The position numbers were made by a program, and so were the translations under genes. The notes beneath the pieces are model-generated. The model ran no database searches, was not told the DNA's origin, and saw only the letters and a program-made list of their open reading frames with translations. Positions 23,080 to 32,364 of a stretch of 64,000 nt of DNA are shown in pieces; positions within the stretch are counted from its first letter, which is position 1; every line of letters starts with the position of its first letter. The stretch comes from Candidatus Methanosuratincola verstraetei (GTDB lineage Archaea; Thermoproteota; Methanomethylicia; Methanomethylicales; Methanomethylicaceae), in contig CP186953.1 of the NCBI GenBank assembly GCA_049570475.1, positions 800,001-864,000 of the forward strand, given 5' to 3'.

Positions 23080-23643
23080 CTAGTTTATGTTTGCTGATCT
23101 TTCGCTTCTGATGAAAGCTTCGATGAGCCATGGAAGCGTTAATAGTGAAGAAATCAATTCTGGCACTGCTGCGCCTGGAAAAGCAACATTGTTAAAATGT
23201 AGCCACCAAAACGGAACAGCCAACAGAATTAACAAAGCCAAGCGACTCTTGGTCTCATAGAAATAGGAAAGTCCTGTTAAGAGCAAAAGCAGGAACAGCA
23301 ATATTGAGACGTAAAAATGGATCCTGCCATAATTCTCGCAGAAAACTCCTACCAATTGAAGCGAAGCGCCTGTTAGGGCTAAAAATTTTGCAGTGAGAGG
23401 GGTTTTGATATTGAATCCTTTTATGCTGTATGCAAAAATTAGAAGTCCTGATATTAGCAATCCTCCATTAAAAAATGGCGCCGAGGGATTTCTTAGATTT
23501 CCTAGGTCACTAAGTGCATTTTCTAACCAATTGAACCATGGCGAAATTGATATTGAAATGAATATTGTTGAGTAAATAGAGGCTACTGCCAGCGGTCCTG
23601 TATAACTCCATTTCAATGCATTCGCCTGCCTTTTTCGGGTCAT
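23080..23643 (-). CDS. DUF998 family membrane protein
   Basis: PWFNW..NALSDLG, FNGGL, LVGVF.E.YG.IH, AVPE. Confidence 0.8.
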   Translation of the reverse strand: MTRKRQANALKWSYTGPLAVASIYSTIFISISISPWFNWLENALSDLGNLRNPSAPFFNGGLLISGLLIFAYSIKGFNIKTPLTAKFLALTGASLQLVGVFCENYGRIHFYVSILLFLLLLLTGLSYFYETKSRLALLILLAVPFWWLHFNNVAFPGAAVPELISSLLTLPWLIEAFIRSERSANIN

Positions 23644-23728
23644 TATATTTGAATGCTTCTTTTGTTTTTATAACGGTTATTGGCCTTGCAAAAAATTAAT
23701 TAACCTTATGTGACGGTTAGATATCGGC

Positions 23729-23826
23729 GCCTCAGTGGCTCAGCCTGGTAGAGCACCGCCTTGGTAAGTTGGCGATATGACCCAAATAGGCGGTGGTCGC
23801 GGGTTCAAACCCCGCCTGAGGCTCCA
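23729..23826 (+). tRNA. tRNA-Thr(GGT) with a 21-nt intron at 37/38 (23767-23787)
   Basis: CCGCC-UU GGU A; BHB helix UUGG/CCAA; encoded CCA. Confidence 0.93.
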
Positions 23827-23929
23827 TGATTAACACAAAAAATCTGGGCAGTTAACGTGAACTTTTCTCAAGCTCAGAGATGCGCCAAATTAGGTTTATA
23901 TAATCCTGTTTATTTTCTCTGGATTTGGT

Positions 23930-24097
23930 GGGGCTGTGGTCTAGCACGGTATGACGGCAAGGCGAAGGGGAAACCCTCGCCTCGTTAAGGGCTCCAGAGG
24001 CTTCATAGAAGAAAATATGACCTTTAGGGATGATTTTCTTCTGGAGCGGCTAGGCGGGGAAACCCGCATGTCGGGGGTTCAAGTCCCTCCAGCCCCA
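23930..24097 (+). tRNA. tRNA-Trp(CCA) with two introns: 28/29 (23959-23988) and 37/38 (23998-24061)
   Basis: Removing both introns gives GCGGG-CU CCA GA-CCCGC; intron 1 BHB helix GACG/CGUU, intron 2 helix CUCC/GGGG. Confidence 0.9.
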
Positions 24098-24117
24098 CTA
24101 AATGTTTACGAGCCATT

Positions 24118-25242
24118 TTAGCCGACAATGTTCTCTTGAAGTACTTCGAAAGCCTCAGGAGTTAACAAACCTCTCTCTATGTCTTTTTTGTATTCCTCCT
24201 CTGCAAACTGCTTCTTTTTCATGCTTAGCGAAATCAGGCTCTCTTTAACAGAAGGGTCCACGTCTGAACATTCGATGTATTTCCCTCTTATTGCTCTGTT
24301 TACTAGCTCTTCTCCAACTTTTGATCTAATGATCAACAAAGACCAGTCAGGCGCGACCCCTTCTACCCTCCCTACCGAAACATCAGAAACCAATCCTGTG
24401 AGATCTTGGCAAGTTTTACAACCCTCTCTTACACGTTCCCAAATTTCTTTCATTGGGATCTTGATCCTATTGGAACTAAGGTTAACATTAAACTCCGAGT
24501 CCAGCTCAATGCTTCTGATTTTGGCCTTGTCTATTCCCTTCTCCTGAAGGCTTTCGACAAGATCCTTTAGTGAAGAGATGCTCCAAAGACAGAAAAGGCT
24601 GATGAGAGGACCTAGCTCATCGCTCGATTTGTGACCAAATATTTGCAGCTTTCTCATGGCTATCATGTGGCAGGGGACTCCCACAAATGCTACTCTGGAA
24701 CCTGAATATCCTTTAATCAATGAGTCAAATGCTTTGGCGACCGCCGCTGGATGAAAATCCAAACTTAGCATAGACGGTAGAAAGTCGCTTATTGGAGGAA
24801 CCTTTTGCTTGAAGTGGGCCTTCATGTCCCCTAGCCTCTTTGTTTCAGATGCCACCACAGCATCTACAAGGCCCTCTTCAAGCGCGCAAAGGGATAGCGA
24901 TGTCGCAACGCCCCCGCTTCCTGTGAGTTCCCTTATGTCGCTGAACGTACTGCGTGCAATTTTTATCGAATAAAACCTCCCTATTCCGGGAATGAAGTTC
25001 GTTCCTTTGGAGAAATCATCAAAAACCTTCTGGATGTTAGGTCCCGTGTGAGGGCATATGTCATAGCATATCCTGCACTCCGGGACTATTTCATTACAAT
25101 CGTAAACCTGTGAGTTGTTTGTCTCTGTTATTTCAATCGCATTCATCGGACAGGCTACCTCGCATGCCCCGCATAAGGTACAGATCTCGCTATTGATGAT
25201 CTTTTTTTGGAGTTGTTGGTAGCCATTGAAACAAAATTCCAT
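24118..25242 (-). CDS. Coenzyme F420 hydrogenase/dehydrogenase beta subunit (FrhB family) with N-terminal ferredoxin
   Basis: CTLCGACEVACP, CRICYDICP, SGGVAT, FVGVPC, ISLFC, GCKTCQD..DVSVG. Confidence 0.88.
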   Translation of the reverse strand: MEFCFNGYQQLQKKIINSEICTLCGACEVACPMNAIEITETNNSQVYDCNEIVPECRICYDICPHTGPNIQKVFDDFSKGTNFIPGIGRFYSIKIARSTFSDIRELTGSGGVATSLSLCALEEGLVDAVVASETKRLGDMKAHFKQKVPPISDFLPSMLSLDFHPAAVAKAFDSLIKGYSGSRVAFVGVPCHMIAMRKLQIFGHKSSDELGPLISLFCLWSISSLKDLVESLQEKGIDKAKIRSIELDSEFNVNLSSNRIKIPMKEIWERVREGCKTCQDLTGLVSDVSVGRVEGVAPDWSLLIIRSKVGEELVNRAIRGKYIECSDVDPSVKESLISLSMKKKQFAEEEYKKDIERGLLTPEAFEVLQENIVG

Positions 25243-25385
25243 ACATTTTTTATAACGGCTTTATTTAAAAGTTTTTGCAAGCGTTCGCCCTGAAAACTCT
25301 GCGGCTCTCCTAAAAACAAAATTTTTCTACTTGCTCGTTCCTTATTGTGCTCGATCCGTTAATCTTTGCCTTTTTCAAAACAAGT

Positions 25386-26441
25386 TTAGGATGGTCGTTC
25401 GACCTTTTCAATACGCGTGAATTCCAATATCTTCCTGATCTTGGCTTCAAGTTCTGCTAAATCCGTAAATGGGATCTCTTTTGCATCTTTGAATAGTCGT
25501 TCTCTAATGAGCTTCCCTGCCAAATCATCAGTCCCCCTCTCAAGGGTAAAAATTACAGACCCTGTTGCATAATTCTTTTCTGTGCAGATCCCGTCTTCAT
25601 CCCCGTCAGTAACACCAATTACTGGCACACCATATCTGCTTAGTATGTTGCCAGCAGTCTTTGTCGTGTCATCTCCCACCGTTATAACGGCAGACGCTTC
25701 TTTGCATTTATGAGCAAGCTTTTCAGCGTCGTGGTCAATTATACAGACGATTTCTTTCTTCTCAGTAGGTTTCACTTTTGGCGTATTCTGGGTTCTTCTA
25801 ATCGTGCCGCTGCGCACTATCGCCTTGTCGAGTCCTTCAAGCTTTAACCTGCTCAAAACGTGCTCTTTAACTTCAACTCCAGAAAACTTTATTTTTCCAT
25901 ATCTGTCTTCAAAAAGCTCGACCATATCGCTAACAGCCTTGCCAACTACCACCCCATTTATCCACACATTTTCCCCTTTGATTGCTCCTGAGATCCTCCG
26001 GGCCCTCGGCGGAATCTGGTCTTTTTTTGTTGGAAGTATTAGCCTCTTTGATAACTTATCCGAGATCCATTTTGCCAAATCGTCTCCTTTAGCGTTCCAG
26101 CTTATAACAAAATCTCTATCTACCTGAACTAACGGTTTTGTCACCCCTGCCCTCGAAGCCACAGCCCTGCCAAACTCTATTCCCGTCTCTTCTTGTTTGC
26201 AATAATTTACAAGAACTAAAACATCCGCCTCAGCCTCAAGCCTTTTGAGTGCCTCTGAGGGAAGCTCAACTCTTGAAATCTCGATTATATCTTCGAGCCC
26301 GGCGTCAATGGCTGCAATAACCCCTGTTGACCCGCCAACGCACGCTTTTACCTCCCCGTAGTTTGAAAGCAAATCTATTACCTGCGTCGCTAAACCCGTA
26401 TCGATCGCTTCTGGTCCATGTATTACAATACCGCATTTCAT
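25386..26441 (-). CDS. DUF2117 family protein
   Basis: GIVIHGPEAIDTG, NVWING.VVG, IDHDAE, TVGDDTT, IGVTDGD.D. Confidence 0.85.
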   Translation of the reverse strand: MKCGIVIHGPEAIDTGLATQVIDLLSNYGEVKACVGGSTGVIAAIDAGLEDIIEISRVELPSEALKRLEAEADVLVLVNYCKQEETGIEFGRAVASRAGVTKPLVQVDRDFVISWNAKGDDLAKWISDKLSKRLILPTKKDQIPPRARRISGAIKGENVWINGVVVGKAVSDMVELFEDRYGKIKFSGVEVKEHVLSRLKLEGLDKAIVRSGTIRRTQNTPKVKPTEKKEIVCIIDHDAEKLAHKCKEASAVITVGDDTTKTAGNILSRYGVPVIGVTDGDEDGICTEKNYATGSVIFTLERGTDDLAGKLIRERLFKDAKEIPFTDLAELEAKIRKILEFTRIEKVERPS

Positions 26442-26576
26442 TCCTGCCACCCGTGAAAGTTGGCATTTACAGCGACGAAAATATTTCAAAAGCTGACTTT
26501 TATCACTCTCTTTTTGTGTTAATTTATGAAACAAAAGTTATAAGCAGTCATTGCAATAAATATTAATGGTGGTTTA

Positions 26577-26816
26577 ATGCCCCTCGCCTTTGTGTTGGTT
26601 AATGTCGAAGCAGGAACAGATAGAGAGGTCCTTGAGAACATCAAAAAGATACCTGAAGTCAAAACGGCTTACATGGTTTATGGAGTCTATGATATAATTG
26701 TCATGATCGAGTCCGATACCCTTGAGAAGCTGCGAGAGATGGTGACCAAGAAGATCCGGCAGTTGGACAAAGTACGTTCCACGATGACCATGATAGTTAT
26801 GGAAGAAGGTCAGTAA
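26577..26816 (+). CDS. Lrp/AsnC ligand-binding (RAM) domain protein
   Basis: AFVLVN..VYGVYDII..VRSTMTMIV; paralog of 1455-1691. Confidence 0.9.
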   Translation: MPLAFVLVNVEAGTDREVLENIKKIPEVKTAYMVYGVYDIIVMIESDTLEKLREMVTKKIRQLDKVRSTMTMIVMEEGQ

Positions 26817-26854
26817 GAGTAAGGTTTAAAAACCCCCTGCTTTTTCTATATTTC

Positions 26855-26978
26855 GGCACGCCGGCCAAAGTTGGTGGGTTCCACCCGTTCCCATCCCGAA
26901 CACGGTAGTTAAACCACCAAACGTCTGCGGTTGTACTGGACGCCGAGAGGGTCCGGGAACCCGCGGAAGCTGGCGGCC
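26855..26978 (+). rRNA. rrf: 5S rRNA (unlinked)
   Basis: CACCCGUUCCCAUCCCGAACACGGUAGUUAA, UGUACU..GAGAG..GGGAA, complementary ends; TTTAAA upstream. Confidence 0.95.
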
Positions 26979-27049
26979 TCTTCATCTTTTAAAGCCTTGA
27001 AATTAACCAAATAAATATAACCAAGAATGATGTCAAAAATAACGTTCTC

Positions 27050-28183
27050 GTGGTGGAAAGCGTGCTTCCCATAAATCAAGGTCTATTCGGCGGAGGCGAC
27101 ATGACCTCCGTGCTCCTTAATATCGTATGGATGGTGCTGTTCTTTGCAGTTATCATCACTTTTAATCAGCGGTTACAGCTCTATTCCTATCAAAGGAATG
27201 TAGAGAAAGCTGTTGTCCGTTTGGAAGAACTTGCGACAAAGAGCAAAGAGGATGCAATTAACAGCATCAAGTCATTTGCTCCTGAAGGAATAGACCTGCG
27301 TGGGGACATTTCGGGTTTCCTCGAATTCTTCACAATTGAGCCGGTAAGCCTTGACCCCTTCGGAGTGCTAAAAAGATTGGAGCACCTGCTTGACATTAGG
27401 CGTTCGCGGTCTGTAGAATTTGTATCCCGGATTGCACCAAAGGCAACAAAGACCGAAAAAGAGAACATTGAAGTGATACTGGAAGCAGCGACTGCAGTAA
27501 ATTACATATACAAAGTGGTAAGGCACTTCTTGCTTCTAGGCAAGAAAACAAAGAGTCTGATGATTTTTGTCCAGCTCGACATGCAGTTACCCATGATAAT
27601 GAAACAGGCCGAGGCATACTATGCTGCCCAAACTACATTCACGGCTGGGAAGCCTATAGGCGATGGGCTTGGGCCGCTCGTAGCATCAAAACTCATCTTC
27701 GGATCGCCACAAAAGAGGATCGCAGAGGACATAATTTACTCTGAAGTTGATATTGAAAAAAGGAAAGTCATTGTACTCAAGGCAGAAGGTCCAGGGGGCG
27801 TTGTAGGGAAGCCAGGAGAGGCAGTCAAGGAATTGGTGGAAGGGTTGGAAGGAAAAGTCAGCCGGATAATCATGATCGATGCCGCCTCGAAATTGGAAGG
27901 TGAAAACACAGGAGAAGTTGTTGAGGGAGTGGGCGCAGCGATAGGCGATCCTGGTCCCGAGAAATACAAGATAGAAGAGGTGGCAGTAAAATACAAGATC
28001 CCAATAGACGCAATCGTATGTAAGATGGGGCTAGAAGAGGCATTGACAACTATAAAGAAGGAGGTAGTCGAAGCCTCCGATGTAATAGTTGAGCGCGTAA
28101 AGAAAATGATCTCAGAAAGGACCAAAGAAGGAGATATAGTGATCGTTGCGGGGATCGGCAATACCATGGGAGTAGGGCAATGA
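27050..28183 (+). CDS. DUF1512 family protein
   Basis: EPVSLDP.G, PIGDGLGP, KAEGPG..VG.PG, IDAASKLEGE.TG, GVGAAIG.PG.EK, GIGNTMGVGQ. Confidence 0.85.
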   Translation: MVESVLPINQGLFGGGDMTSVLLNIVWMVLFFAVIITFNQRLQLYSYQRNVEKAVVRLEELATKSKEDAINSIKSFAPEGIDLRGDISGFLEFFTIEPVSLDPFGVLKRLEHLLDIRRSRSVEFVSRIAPKATKTEKENIEVILEAATAVNYIYKVVRHFLLLGKKTKSLMIFVQLDMQLPMIMKQAEAYYAAQTTFTAGKPIGDGLGPLVASKLIFGSPQKRIAEDIIYSEVDIEKRKVIVLKAEGPGGVVGKPGEAVKELVEGLEGKVSRIIMIDAASKLEGENTGEVVEGVGAAIGDPGPEKYKIEEVAVKYKIPIDAIVCKMGLEEALTTIKKEVVEASDVIVERVKKMISERTKEGDIVIVAGIGNTMGVGQ

Positions 28184-28551
28184 AGGTGGTTATGGTGCAA
28201 AAATCTCAAAGAAATACGATTGTTTCTATAGTACTCACATTGATCGCATTTGTGTTATTCATTTCAGTTTCTCTGTTTGAAGAGCTGGCTGACTTGAGTA
28301 TGGTAATTATGATAGTGGGTCTTGTGCTTCTCGCCGCGTCTTGGGGCGTATACTTCCTTTCAGGCAAATCTGCTCCAAAAGAAGAGGTTGAAAATGTAAT
28401 AACTGTGATAGCTTGCAGAAACTGCGGGCAAGTTGAGGAAAGGAGTTTCGCCCCTGGTGATTACATCTTTAAGGACATGGGGCAATGCAAAAAATGCTCT
28501 GGGCCTTCATTCATAAAATCGATCTACTCCATCTCTCCTAAGAAGGAATAA
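28180..28551 (+). CDS. Hypothetical two-TM protein with C-terminal Zn ribbon
   Basis: Two hydrophobic helices, CRNCG...GDYIF...CKKC; coupled to the DUF1512 gene. Confidence 0.75.
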   Translation: MKVVMVQKSQRNTIVSIVLTLIAFVLFISVSLFEELADLSMVIMIVGLVLLAASWGVYFLSGKSAPKEEVENVITVIACRNCGQVEERSFAPGDYIFKDMGQCKKCSGPSFIKSIYSISPKKE

Positions 28552-28554
28552 AGC

Positions 28555-29025
28555 TTGAAACTCCCCCTCTTAGCTGTCGGAGGAACATTCGATCACTTTC
28601 ACAAGGGCCACGAATCGCTTCTTTTGAAGGCATTCGAGTTGGGAGAAGTTGTCATCGTCGGAGTAACTTCTGATGAATTTGCAAAGAAGATGGGTAAAAA
28701 TGAAATCCAGGACTTTAACCAAAGGATGGGTCAGGTTAAAGCCTTTCTCATTATACAGCACCTGATCGAAAGAGCTAAACTGATTGAGCTTCATGATGCG
28801 TTTGGCCCCCTCTCGGAAGATCCTGGAGTATGCGGCGTAGTGGTGACCCAGGAAACGCTCGAGAATGCTGAGAGGGCCAACCGAATAAGGCTCGAGAAGG
28901 GCATGCCGCCCTTAAAAATATTTGTTCATGATTTTTTGCTTGCTAAAGACGGCAGACCGATCTCTTCCTCCAGGATAAGGAATAAAGAGATAGACGAACG
29001 AGGTTATGTGCTAAGAAAGAATTGA
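28555..29025 (+). CDS. coaD: Phosphopantetheine adenylyltransferase (archaeal type)
   Basis: AVGGTFDHFHKGH, GVTSD, VVTQET, PISSSRIR. Confidence 0.92.
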   Translation: MKLPLLAVGGTFDHFHKGHESLLLKAFELGEVVIVGVTSDEFAKKMGKNEIQDFNQRMGQVKAFLIIQHLIERAKLIELHDAFGPLSEDPGVCGVVVTQETLENAERANRIRLEKGMPPLKIFVHDFLLAKDGRPISSSRIRNKEIDERGYVLRKN

Positions 29026-29045
29026 GCTGCGAAGGGGTTGTTGGG

Positions 29046-30512
29046 ATGTCTCTCAGCCAATCAGAAGTCGAATTTCTCAATACCCTTGATCTGCTCGGTG
29101 GGAAGGCAGACTCCTCGACCATCGCTAGTAAGATGGGCATTCCTGAAAGTTCAATATTTCCGATCTCAAGCCTTTTGGCACAAAAAGGTTATGTTAAGAT
29201 CACCGAATCGGTAAAGGAAAAATTCTTTCTGACTGATGAGGGAAAGTACTGCGAATCTCAAGGCATGCCCGAAAAAAGGCTTATGGTCTTCCTGAAGCAA
29301 AAAGGAGGCCAAGTTTCCCTGAAGGAGTTGTCTGCCGTCCTAAAACAAAACGAGATATCGCCTGTCCTTGGTTGGGGCAGAAAAACTGGGGCCTTCTCGA
29401 TTGAGAAGGGACCCGGCGGTCCATATGTTATCCTGAAAAAAGATGTGCCTAGCTATTATGGATCCCTGCTCACCAAAATTAAAAACGGTCCGCAATCTTT
29501 TGACGAGGAAGAATGCAATATTTTGCGGGAACTCATATCTAGAGGCCTTGTCGTCAAGAAAGATCAAAAAGAAATTGTAATTGAATTAGTCCCAGGTGCA
29601 CACCTAGATCGAAGGGCAACCGTGAGCGTTCTGACCTCTGATGACATAAGGACTGGGAAATGGCGCGAGATCAGCCTGCGTCCTTATAATGTATCCGCCG
29701 CGCCACCCGAGCTCAAAATTGGCAAAAAACACCCTTACCTGGAGTTCCTGAAGGAAGTAAAGGAAATCCTTTTCAATATGGGTTTTGAAGAGACTGAAGG
29801 CCAATTCGTCGAAACGGAATTTTGGAATTTTGATGTTCTCTTTCAGGCTCAAGACCATCCTGCTCGAGCAGTCCATGACAGCTTCCAAGTAAAGAACGTG
29901 AGTGTAAGCATTGATGCCCCGTCAGAGCTTATTGAATCCGTTAGAGCCGTGCATGAATCAGGGGGGCATACTGGATCGAAGGGGTGGGGCTACAGATGGG
30001 ATATTGCGACGGCAGCACGTCCTCTGCTGAGGACTCAGATGACCGTAAATTCTGTCCGTTATTTGCATTCCCATAAGGACCCCCCGGTCAAGGCATTTAG
30101 CCTCTCAAAGGTCTTCAGACCCGATTTGATCGATTCGCGCCACATGGTCGAATTTTGCCAGCTTGACGGGATAGTCGGAGATCGTGGAATCAATGTAAGG
30201 CATCTGCTAGGGATTTTGCAGGAATTTTCGAGGCAGCTAGGATTTAAACGCATAAAGTTCAGGCCGAGTTATTACCCGTTCACCGAACCGAGCATTGATG
30301 CTTATGTCGAGCACCCGAAGTTAGGTTGGATAGAGTGCCTGGGAGCTGGGATGTTCCGACCCGAGGTCTTGGGTCCACTCGGGATTACATTTCCAGTGAT
30401 AGCCTGGGGAATCGGCATAGACCGGTTAGCCATGATCCGTTTGGGCATTAATGATATCCGAGAGCTCCATACTAACGACTTGAGCAAACTCAGGAGTTGG
30501 GGGTGGTGGTAG
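29046..30512 (+). CDS. pheS: Phenylalanine-tRNA ligase alpha subunit
   Basis: FWNFDVLFQAQDHPAR, LRTQMT, FRP..YPFTEPS, GAGMFRPE. Confidence 0.97.
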   Translation: MSLSQSEVEFLNTLDLLGGKADSSTIASKMGIPESSIFPISSLLAQKGYVKITESVKEKFFLTDEGKYCESQGMPEKRLMVFLKQKGGQVSLKELSAVLKQNEISPVLGWGRKTGAFSIEKGPGGPYVILKKDVPSYYGSLLTKIKNGPQSFDEEECNILRELISRGLVVKKDQKEIVIELVPGAHLDRRATVSVLTSDDIRTGKWREISLRPYNVSAAPPELKIGKKHPYLEFLKEVKEILFNMGFEETEGQFVETEFWNFDVLFQAQDHPARAVHDSFQVKNVSVSIDAPSELIESVRAVHESGGHTGSKGWGYRWDIATAARPLLRTQMTVNSVRYLHSHKDPPVKAFSLSKVFRPDLIDSRHMVEFCQLDGIVGDRGINVRHLLGILQEFSRQLGFKRIKFRPSYYPFTEPSIDAYVEHPKLGWIECLGAGMFRPEVLGPLGITFPVIAWGIGIDRLAMIRLGINDIRELHTNDLSKLRSWGWW

Positions 30513-30515
30513 GGC

Positions 30516-32183
30516 ATGCCGGTAATAACCTTGAATAGAGCAGATCTCTCGTCTCTTGTCGGTAAAGATCTCGCGCCTTCAGAGCTTGAAGATCTTTTGA
30601 CAGCAATGAAATGCGAGTTAGAGTCTTCCAATGGCATGGAAATAGTTGTAGAGGTCACATCCGATCGACCTGACCTTTTCAGCGCAGAGGGAATGTCAAG
30701 GGCCATCAGAAACTACCTTGGGATCGGTTCATTTTATAGCTACAAAGAATATGCAGGTTCCCCAATAGAACTGATAGTTTCAGAGTCTGTTGATGCGGTT
30801 CGCCCCTTGATTGTAGCTGCTGCTGTGAAGGGGGTATCGCTGAATGAAGAGGCATTGCGTCAGCTGATGCAGCTGCAAGAGAAGCTTCACAACACCTATG
30901 GGTCAAATAGAAGGAAGGCTTCGATAGGAGTTTACGATTTAGATAAGATCTCTCCTCCTTTGGTTTACGAAGCAAGACTGCCAGAAAAAATACGTTTCAC
31001 CCCCTTGGATCACCCCTCAGAATTAAGCGGAAGGGAAGTGCTTGAGCTCACTCCTAAAGGAAAAGAGTACGCAGATATAATCTCAAAAAGCCTGCTCTTC
31101 CCGCTTTTGGTCGATTCTAAAGATAAAGTCCTGTCGATGCCCCCTATTATAAACAGCGAGGAAACCCGGGTGTCTGAAGCAACTACTAACCTTTTAATCG
31201 ACGTAACTGGACTTGACACGAGGTCCATTAACATCTGCCTTAACATAATGACAACTTCGGCTCTGGAGAGGGGCGGCTCGCTGCAGTTCGTCGAGGTGAA
31301 AAAAAAGGGCAAGGTTTCGAGAACGCCCATCTTGGCAGAGTCTTTTCAGAATCTTAAGCTTGCAAGAGCTAAGGAGATTTCAGGCTTAGATCTAACAACT
31401 TCGGAGGTCATTTCTCTACTTAAGCGAATGGGGTACGCGACTGAAACCCTCCCAGACGGGGCAATACGAGCGAAAATACCGCCCTACAGGGTGGATATAC
31501 TGCATGAGGTCGACTTAATAGAGGACGTTATGATGGCATACGGCCTTAACCAAGTCCCGCCACTTTTCCCAAGAGTCCATACGATCGGGAAACCGTTGGA
31601 GGGAAGCAGGCTGAGGGAAAGAATAAGGGATCTCATGATCGGTATGGGGTTCATAGAGGTAGCAACATATGTTCTCAGTAGCCGTGATTTGATTGTGGAA
31701 AAGCCAATGCTTCATGAACGCCCGTTGGTCGAAGTAGCGAAGCCGGTGTCATCGGAATATGCTTTGCTCCGCGACATGTTGCTGCCAAAGCTGTTGGGCT
31801 TTATGTCGGCAAATGCCCATGTTGATTATCCACAAAAAATCTTCGAATACGGACCAGTAGTCATCCTCGAGAATGGTGCCCCGAAAATGGCTAACCATCT
31901 CGGCGCAGTCGCGAGCGACGCCCGTGTGAGTTTTGAAGAGATCCAGGCGGTGGCTTTCTCGTTGTTTAAAAATCTCTCTAAGGACGTAGAACTAAAGCGG
32001 GCGTCCTCCCGGCTGTTCATCGATGGCAGGGTCGCAAGCATTAATGTTGACGGCATGGAAATAGGCATCCTTGGGGAAATCCATCCCCAAATTTTAGTGA
32101 ATTTTGGCATCTTTAATCCTGCTGTAGCAATGGAAGTAGATTTCACAAAATTGGTGCATTTAGAAAGTTTATTTCGGGGCTGA
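30516..32183 (+). CDS. pheT: Phenylalanine-tRNA ligase beta subunit
   Basis: DRPDL.S.EG, QEKLH, SMPPIINS, PPYRVDILHEVDLIED, GEIHP. Confidence 0.97.
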   Translation: MPVITLNRADLSSLVGKDLAPSELEDLLTAMKCELESSNGMEIVVEVTSDRPDLFSAEGMSRAIRNYLGIGSFYSYKEYAGSPIELIVSESVDAVRPLIVAAAVKGVSLNEEALRQLMQLQEKLHNTYGSNRRKASIGVYDLDKISPPLVYEARLPEKIRFTPLDHPSELSGREVLELTPKGKEYADIISKSLLFPLLVDSKDKVLSMPPIINSEETRVSEATTNLLIDVTGLDTRSINICLNIMTTSALERGGSLQFVEVKKKGKVSRTPILAESFQNLKLARAKEISGLDLTTSEVISLLKRMGYATETLPDGAIRAKIPPYRVDILHEVDLIEDVMMAYGLNQVPPLFPRVHTIGKPLEGSRLRERIRDLMIGMGFIEVATYVLSSRDLIVEKPMLHERPLVEVAKPVSSEYALLRDMLLPKLLGFMSANAHVDYPQKIFEYGPVVILENGAPKMANHLGAVASDARVSFEEIQAVAFSLFKNLSKDVELKRASSRLFIDGRVASINVDGMEIGILGEIHPQILVNFGIFNPAVAMEVDFTKLVHLESLFRG

Positions 32184-32195
32184 GCAGATAATATA

Positions 32196-32320
32196 GTGCG
32201 ATGAAGTGGGAGCTGAGCGCAGCAGGACGAAATCGCGGGTAGAAGGAGTCAATCGAGAAGAGCGCAAGCTCAGCGATGAGTGCGACCTAACCCACACCCG
32301 CAACAGTCCTGCTGTGTTTT
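32196..32320 (+). ncRNA. H/ACA-like guide sRNA 1
   Basis: Outer 11-bp stem enclosing GCGGGU/ACCCGC plus A-ACA (32303-32305), internal pocket and K-turn-like GA...GAUGA; 5' mini K-turn hairpin; T-run at the 3' end. Confidence 0.6.
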
Positions 32321-32364
32321 CCAAGAATCAACTTAAATAGGTAAACTTGAAATTAATGGTCATT

